Assembly: GCA_913055895.1 (NCBI GenBank)
Contig: CAJXLE010000003.1
Span: forward strand, 1-51,347
Source: an uncultured Bacteroidota bacterium
Lineage (GTDB): Bacteria; Bacteroidota; Bacteroidia; Bacteroidales; UBA12077
Direction of reading: 5' to 3'
Length of the DNA stretch: 51,347 bases
How positions within the stretch are numbered: position 1 is the stretch's first letter; each line of letters opens with the position of its first letter. Below the pieces are notes generated by a model. It was not told the origin of the DNA. It ran no database searches and worked only from the letters and a program-made list of their open reading frames with translations. Made by a program: the position numbers and the translations under genes. Below are positions 46,667 to 51,347 of this stretch, one piece after another.

Positions 46667-49600
46667 ATGAAATATTTGACTATTGCCGCATGTGCAGCCT
46701 TGATGCTTGCTGCTTCAACACTGTCGGGCCAGCCCGAGCGCGATTACGACCTGACACAAGACAAGGTGCTTTACCTGGTGGGCTATGCGCACCTGGATAC
46801 CGAGTGGCGATGGGACTATCCCACCACCATCAATGAGTACCTGAAGAATACCCTGGATGAGAATTTTGAGCTCTTTGAGAAGTATCCGGAGTACGTGTTC
46901 AATTTTACCGGCTCGCGCCGCTATCGAATGATGCGAGAATATTATCCCGAACGCTATGACAAACTCAAGGACTACATCGACAAAGGGCGCTGGCTTGTTT
47001 CCGGCTCATCAGTGGACGAGGGGGACGTGAATGCACCTTCACCGGAGACTGTCATCCGCCAGGTGCTCTATGGCAACCAGTATTTTCGTGAGGAGTTTGG
47101 TAAGGAAAGCGTGGATTACATGTTGCCCGACTGTTTTGGTTTCCAGGCGCACCTTCCTTCGGTATGGGCCCATGCCGGCATCAAGGGTTTCTCCACCCAG
47201 AAGCTGAAATGGGGCTCGGCCGCAGGTGTGCCTTTCAATGTTGGTTTGTGGGAAGGTCCCGACGGGGAGTCGGTGATCATGGTCAACAGCATACGCGACT
47301 ATGGCGGGGGGGGGGGGCCCCGGGTTGACACCTCTGAATTTTTCAGCCATTACCTGGAGAAGGTGGGGGATAAGTACGGTTTTTACGGGGGATACACCTA
47401 TTATGGCGTCGGAGATATCGGGGGTTCACCCCGCGAGGAAGATGTACGTCACATGGTCAACTCCCTGGACCATCCCGACAGCAAGGTAAAGGTTATACCT
47501 GCGGCCAGCGACAGGTTGTATAAGGATATCACACCTGCCCTGCGCGACAGCCTGCCCGTGTACCGGGGCGACTTTCTGCTCACCGAGCACTCGGCGGCCT
47601 CCATCACCTCACAGGCCTATCTCAAGAGATGGAACAGGAAAAACGAAAAGCTGGCCCAGTCGGCCGAGCTGTCGGCCGTGATGGCCGACTGGCTGGGTGG
47701 CGCCGACTATCCCTTTGATAAACTTTACGATTCATGGGAGCTGGTCCTGGGCAGCCAGATGCACGACATCATACCGGGCACCAGCATTCCCTCGGCCAAC
47801 CATTATGCCTGGAACGATGAGGTGATTGCCATGAACGGCTTTGCTGCCGTGGAGAAATATTCCACCGGCGCCGTTTCCCGGGCACTCAACACCCAGGTGG
47901 AAGGCGAACCGGTGGTGGTCTACAATCCCGTATCGCGCAAGAGACAGGATGTGGTGGAGGCTACCCTGCCGGAAACTCGATACGATCAGGTGGCCGTTTA
48001 TGGTCCCGATGGCCGGAAAGTGCCCTCCCAGGTGGTGGATGCCAAGGATGGCCAGACGCGGGTGCTTTTCCTGGCCGAGGTGCCCTCCGCCGGTTATGCC
48101 GTTTATGATGTGCGTGGCGGGGAAGAGCCTGCCGGGGGCGACCGGCTGGAGGTGACCCGCAGCACACTGGAAAATGGCCGCTACAAGGTGGCGCTCAATG
48201 ACAACGGCGATGTTGCTTCGGTCTATGACAAGAAGCTGGAACGCGAGCTGTTGAAATCACCTGCCAGGCTTGCCCTGCTGAAAGCCAACCCCCGCATGTG
48301 GCCCGCCTGGAACATGTCGTGGCGCGAACGCATCCGTGGGCCCTACGCATATGTCAGCGACACACCCCAAATACGTATCAAGGAGGACGGTCCCGTACGT
48401 GTCTCCCTGGAGGTCACCCGCCAGAGCCACGGCTCCACCTTCCGGCAGACCATCAGCCTGGCCGCCGGTGATGCCGGAAAAAGGCTGATGTTCGACAACA
48501 AGGTGGAGTGGAAGACCAAAGGAACAACCCTGAAGGCGGTCTTTCCCCTGAGCCCTTACAATTTCAATGCCCGCTACAACCTGGGACTGGGCACCATCCA
48601 ACGGCCCAACAACCACTCACGCAAGTACGAGGTGCCCTCGCGCGAGTGGATCGACCTGACCGACACCAGCGGTACCTATGGTGTTTCGGTACTCGACGAC
48701 TGTAAGCACGGCTCCGACAAGCCCGACGGGCATACCCTGCGACTGACCCTCCTGCATACGCCCATAGCCAATACCTACCACGACCAGGCCACCCAGGATT
48801 TTGGCACCCACCGCTTCACCTATGCCCTCTATGGACACCAGGGCGACTGGAATGAAGGCAGGACCGAATGGCAGGGACTCTACGTCAACCAGCCCCTCCA
48901 GGCCTATCATGTAGACAAGCACCCGGGTCAGATGGGACAGACCTTTTCTTTTGCCAGCCTGAACACCGATGATATAGCCATACGGGCCATCAAGAAAGCC
49001 GAAGACGACCAGTCTTATATTCTCCGTCTGCAGGAACTTTCCGGAGATCAAACCAGTGGTGTGGTGGTTGACCTGGGACCCGACATCCGCTCAGCTGTCG
49101 AGGTTGACGGCCAGGAGCGCCGGGTTGGGGATGTGGCGACCCGCCAGGGCAACCTGCACCTGGATTTCGGAGGTTACGACATCCGCAGCATCTCGGTCAG
49201 ACTTGAAGAACCCGCCGAAGAAGTGGAAGGACCGCGACAGCAGCCGGTGGAGCTGCCCTTTAACATCGATGTGGTATCGGCCGACGACAACCGCGATGAT
49301 GGTGCCATCGACGATTCGGGCCGCACTTACCCGGCCAACATGCTCGATGGGCACATCCGCAACGACGCCCTGGTTTATCAAATGGGAAGTCGTGAAGATG
49401 GCGAAATGAACGCCCTGCAATGCCGGGGGCAGGAGATCACCCTCCCCGAAGGCGACTACAGCAAGGTGTACCTGCTGGCGGCTGCCAGGGAGAGCACCAA
49501 CGCTTCCTTCTCCTGTGGGGGCAATACGGAGGAGTTTTCCATCCAGCCCTGGACCGGCTTTGTGGGTCAGTGGGACAAGCGGGTGTTTGCCTCGAAGGAT

Positions 49601-50482
49601 CAGCGACACGTTAAAAGGGTCAGACCCGGCTTCATCAAGCGCGACGAGATAGCCTGGTTTGCCTCCCACCACCACCGGCCCGACAAGAACGTGGCATACC
49701 AGTACTCCTACATGTTCCAGTATGAGATGGACCTGCCGGAAGGAGCACAGACCCTCACCCTGCCTGAGAACAGTGATGTGATGGTTTTTGCCGTGACCGT
49801 GGCCGATAATCCCAGCGACCGGGCCAGGCCCATGACACCGCTGTACGACGAGCTGTCCGGGCGCGAAGGTTTCGACCTGCCGGAAACATCCTATTACGGC
49901 AAGGGGATGGAGCCCTATGCCCGGATAGAGAAGACGCAAAAGAGCGACCCGGAGAAGATCTTCTCCCAGATATCTGAAGAGGATTATGCCAACCTCTCTT
50001 CATTGAACGGGGTGAACATGACCTATTACCCCGAGGGGGAAGCCTACACCAAGGCATCGGTCAGGGGTGAGAAGATCCTCCTGCAGGACAATTTCGACGG
50101 GTCGGGCATGAGCCTGGGGCAGTTTGATGAGATCATGTGGTACGACAACGGCGAGGGGAGGTACGTGATGGACCTGCAGCAGCCTGTTGCGCTCGACAGC
50201 ATACGCACCTATTCGCCTGTCTTTTCCCATTATGGCATACCTGTGTACACTGTCTGGGGCACCAACCAGGCAGATCCCTCCGTCAGTGGCAACCCTGCCG
50301 ATAAGGGATGGACCTACCTGGGTGCCAACCGTACAGGCGAGGTCTGGGGCAAAGCCTGGAACCGCACCACCCTCAGGATGCCTTCCGACAGCAAACCCTT
50401 CCGCCACATCATGTGGGTGGCCGACAAAAACTGGCATGGCACCCACTATTTCTTCGAGGTGGATGTGTTTGAAAAACCTTAA
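46667..50482 (+). CDS. Secreted GH38 alpha-mannosidase
   Basis: GYAHLDTEWRW, YMLPDCFG (nucleophile Asp), QMHDIIPGTS, LTLLHTP. Confidence 0.92.
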   Translation: MKYLTIAACAALMLAASTLSGQPERDYDLTQDKVLYLVGYAHLDTEWRWDYPTTINEYLKNTLDENFELFEKYPEYVFNFTGSRRYRMMREYYPERYDKLKDYIDKGRWLVSGSSVDEGDVNAPSPETVIRQVLYGNQYFREEFGKESVDYMLPDCFGFQAHLPSVWAHAGIKGFSTQKLKWGSAAGVPFNVGLWEGPDGESVIMVNSIRDYGGGGGPRVDTSEFFSHYLEKVGDKYGFYGGYTYYGVGDIGGSPREEDVRHMVNSLDHPDSKVKVIPAASDRLYKDITPALRDSLPVYRGDFLLTEHSAASITSQAYLKRWNRKNEKLAQSAELSAVMADWLGGADYPFDKLYDSWELVLGSQMHDIIPGTSIPSANHYAWNDEVIAMNGFAAVEKYSTGAVSRALNTQVEGEPVVVYNPVSRKRQDVVEATLPETRYDQVAVYGPDGRKVPSQVVDAKDGQTRVLFLAEVPSAGYAVYDVRGGEEPAGGDRLEVTRSTLENGRYKVALNDNGDVASVYDKKLERELLKSPARLALLKANPRMWPAWNMSWRERIRGPYAYVSDTPQIRIKEDGPVRVSLEVTRQSHGSTFRQTISLAAGDAGKRLMFDNKVEWKTKGTTLKAVFPLSPYNFNARYNLGLGTIQRPNNHSRKYEVPSREWIDLTDTSGTYGVSVLDDCKHGSDKPDGHTLRLTLLHTPIANTYHDQATQDFGTHRFTYALYGHQGDWNEGRTEWQGLYVNQPLQAYHVDKHPGQMGQTFSFASLNTDDIAIRAIKKAEDDQSYILRLQELSGDQTSGVVVDLGPDIRSAVEVDGQERRVGDVATRQGNLHLDFGGYDIRSISVRLEEPAEEVEGPRQQPVELPFNIDVVSADDNRDDGAIDDSGRTYPANMLDGHIRNDALVYQMGSREDGEMNALQCRGQEITLPEGDYSKVYLLAAARESTNASFSCGGNTEEFSIQPWTGFVGQWDKRVFASKDQRHVKRVRPGFIKRDEIAWFASHHHRPDKNVAYQYSYMFQYEMDLPEGAQTLTLPENSDVMVFAVTVADNPSDRARPMTPLYDELSGREGFDLPETSYYGKGMEPYARIEKTQKSDPEKIFSQISEEDYANLSSLNGVNMTYYPEGEAYTKASVRGEKILLQDNFDGSGMSLGQFDEIMWYDNGEGRYVMDLQQPVALDSIRTYSPVFSHYGIPVYTVWGTNQADPSVSGNPADKGWTYLGANRTGEVWGKAWNRTTLRMPSDSKPFRHIMWVADKNWHGTHYFFEVDVFEKP
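47306..47317 (+). repeat. G12 homopolymer inside the GH38 gene
   Basis: GGC GGG GGG GGG GGG CCC encodes GGGGGP in frame. Confidence 0.85.
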
Positions 50483-50603
50483 ATGGGTGCTGTTGGTGTA
50501 GCCGTGGTAAAGGGTTGTCCGGATTGATGCCCCATTGTTGGCAGGATAGATGCCATAAGATGGGGCCTGTGTTTTGGCTGCCCTGGCTGCTGTGTAAAAC
50601 AGT

Positions 50604-51347
50604 TTATTCCACCACTTTTTGTATGACGGGCAAGAGGGTTTTTGCGTAACGCATGAATCCCAGGTCGGTGTAATGAACCCCGTCGACTGTGCCTTCATAG
50701 TCATCACCCAGCAGCTTTTTTCCATGGATAAAATGGAGGTTGGTGTGGCCCCTTTGCTGAAGGATTTCAAAGGCTTTTTTTAGCTCCTTGTTTTTGGAGC
50801 GGTAGTTTTGTTGATGGTCGGAGGCCAGCCACCGGTTTTGATGGCCTGCATTGCCCACCAGGATCACAGGCAGAAGGGGCTTTTTGTTTTTAATGTATGA
50901 AACAAAACGCAGGGTGCGCTCCCGGATCTGTTCCACCCGAAGGTTGGGCGTACAGTCCAGCACCAGGCAGGAGAGTCTTGTTTGTGCCAGGAATCGTGCC
51001 AGGGGCATGTCGAGGGTGCCATTGCCGGAAAACCCCAGGTTGATGATGTGCTGGTCCAGTCTTCTTCCGATAAGGTTGGTGGGAACCATCCCCGGCCGGG
51101 AAGCTGAACAGCCCTGTGTGATTGACGTTCCGTAGAAAACGATGGGGGAGCCTGCTGTGCTTTTTGCCGGTTTCCATTCGGCATGGGCGTTGATGCCGAT
51201 CCGCAGGGAGTCGATGCCATCATAGGCCGGCAGGTAAACAAGGTATTCCCTTGTCTGGGTGGTCATACCTGAGAGCAGGGTTCCCCGCCATTTTGCTGAA
51301 TCAGGCTTGGTTGCAGCTGCCCACCGCCACGGCTCATTGCTGTTATT
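50604..51347 (-). CDS. SGNH/GDSL hydrolase (GxDLY-associated type), 5' end outside the window
   Basis: FYGTSITQG..ASRPG, NLGFSGNG, VDGVH; frame is open to the window end. Confidence 0.85.
   Translation of the reverse strand, partial: NNSNEPWRWAAATKPDSAKWRGTLLSGMTTQTREYLVYLPAYDGIDSLRIGINAHAEWKPAKSTAGSPIVFYGTSITQGCSASRPGMVPTNLIGRRLDQHIINLGFSGNGTLDMPLARFLAQTRLSCLVLDCTPNLRVEQIRERTLRFVSYIKNKKPLLPVILVGNAGHQNRWLASDHQQNYRSKNKELKKAFEILQQRGHTNLHFIHGKKLLGDDYEGTVDGVHYTDLGFMRYAKTLLPVIQKVVE

Overview
Chromosomal segment of a Bacteroidota bacterium, most likely an anaerobic Bacteroidales/Marinilabiliales-like organism. The evidence is SusC/SusD, DUF4369-TlpA lipoproteins and several TAnnTTTG -7 promoter elements. 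No rRNA, tRNA, CRISPR or transposase was recognised. Gene content in order: a partial Orn/Lys/Arg decarboxylase, a serine hydrolase, an M1 peptidase, DUF1684, HIT, greA, ribF, two TlpA-like paralogues, lpxH, a DgkA-family kinase and a GT4. Next is a Mo/W-cofactor cluster (WtpB/WtpC-like ABC components, P-loop protein, moeA, moaA, moaC, MOSC-MogA fusion, fdhD, mobA) with no intact substrate-binding protein and no moaD/moaE/moeB in the window. Then come an MG2/TonB-plug protein, SusC/SusD, an orphan LytTR regulator, a CcsBA fusion with a perfect FNR/Crp-type box, a ROK kinase, a Gfo/Idh/MocA + DUF1080 + TIM-barrel operon, asnA, a SnoaL protein, a C69 peptidase fragment, a GH38 and a partial SGNH hydrolase. 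The most striking unannotated signal is upstream of asnA: two tandem ribosome-dependent attenuators. Each has its own Asn-rich leader peptide (6 Asn, and a run of 9 Asn followed by RPPP), its own antiterminator and its own intrinsic terminator. All calls come from reading motifs by eye; no database searches or folding programs were run.
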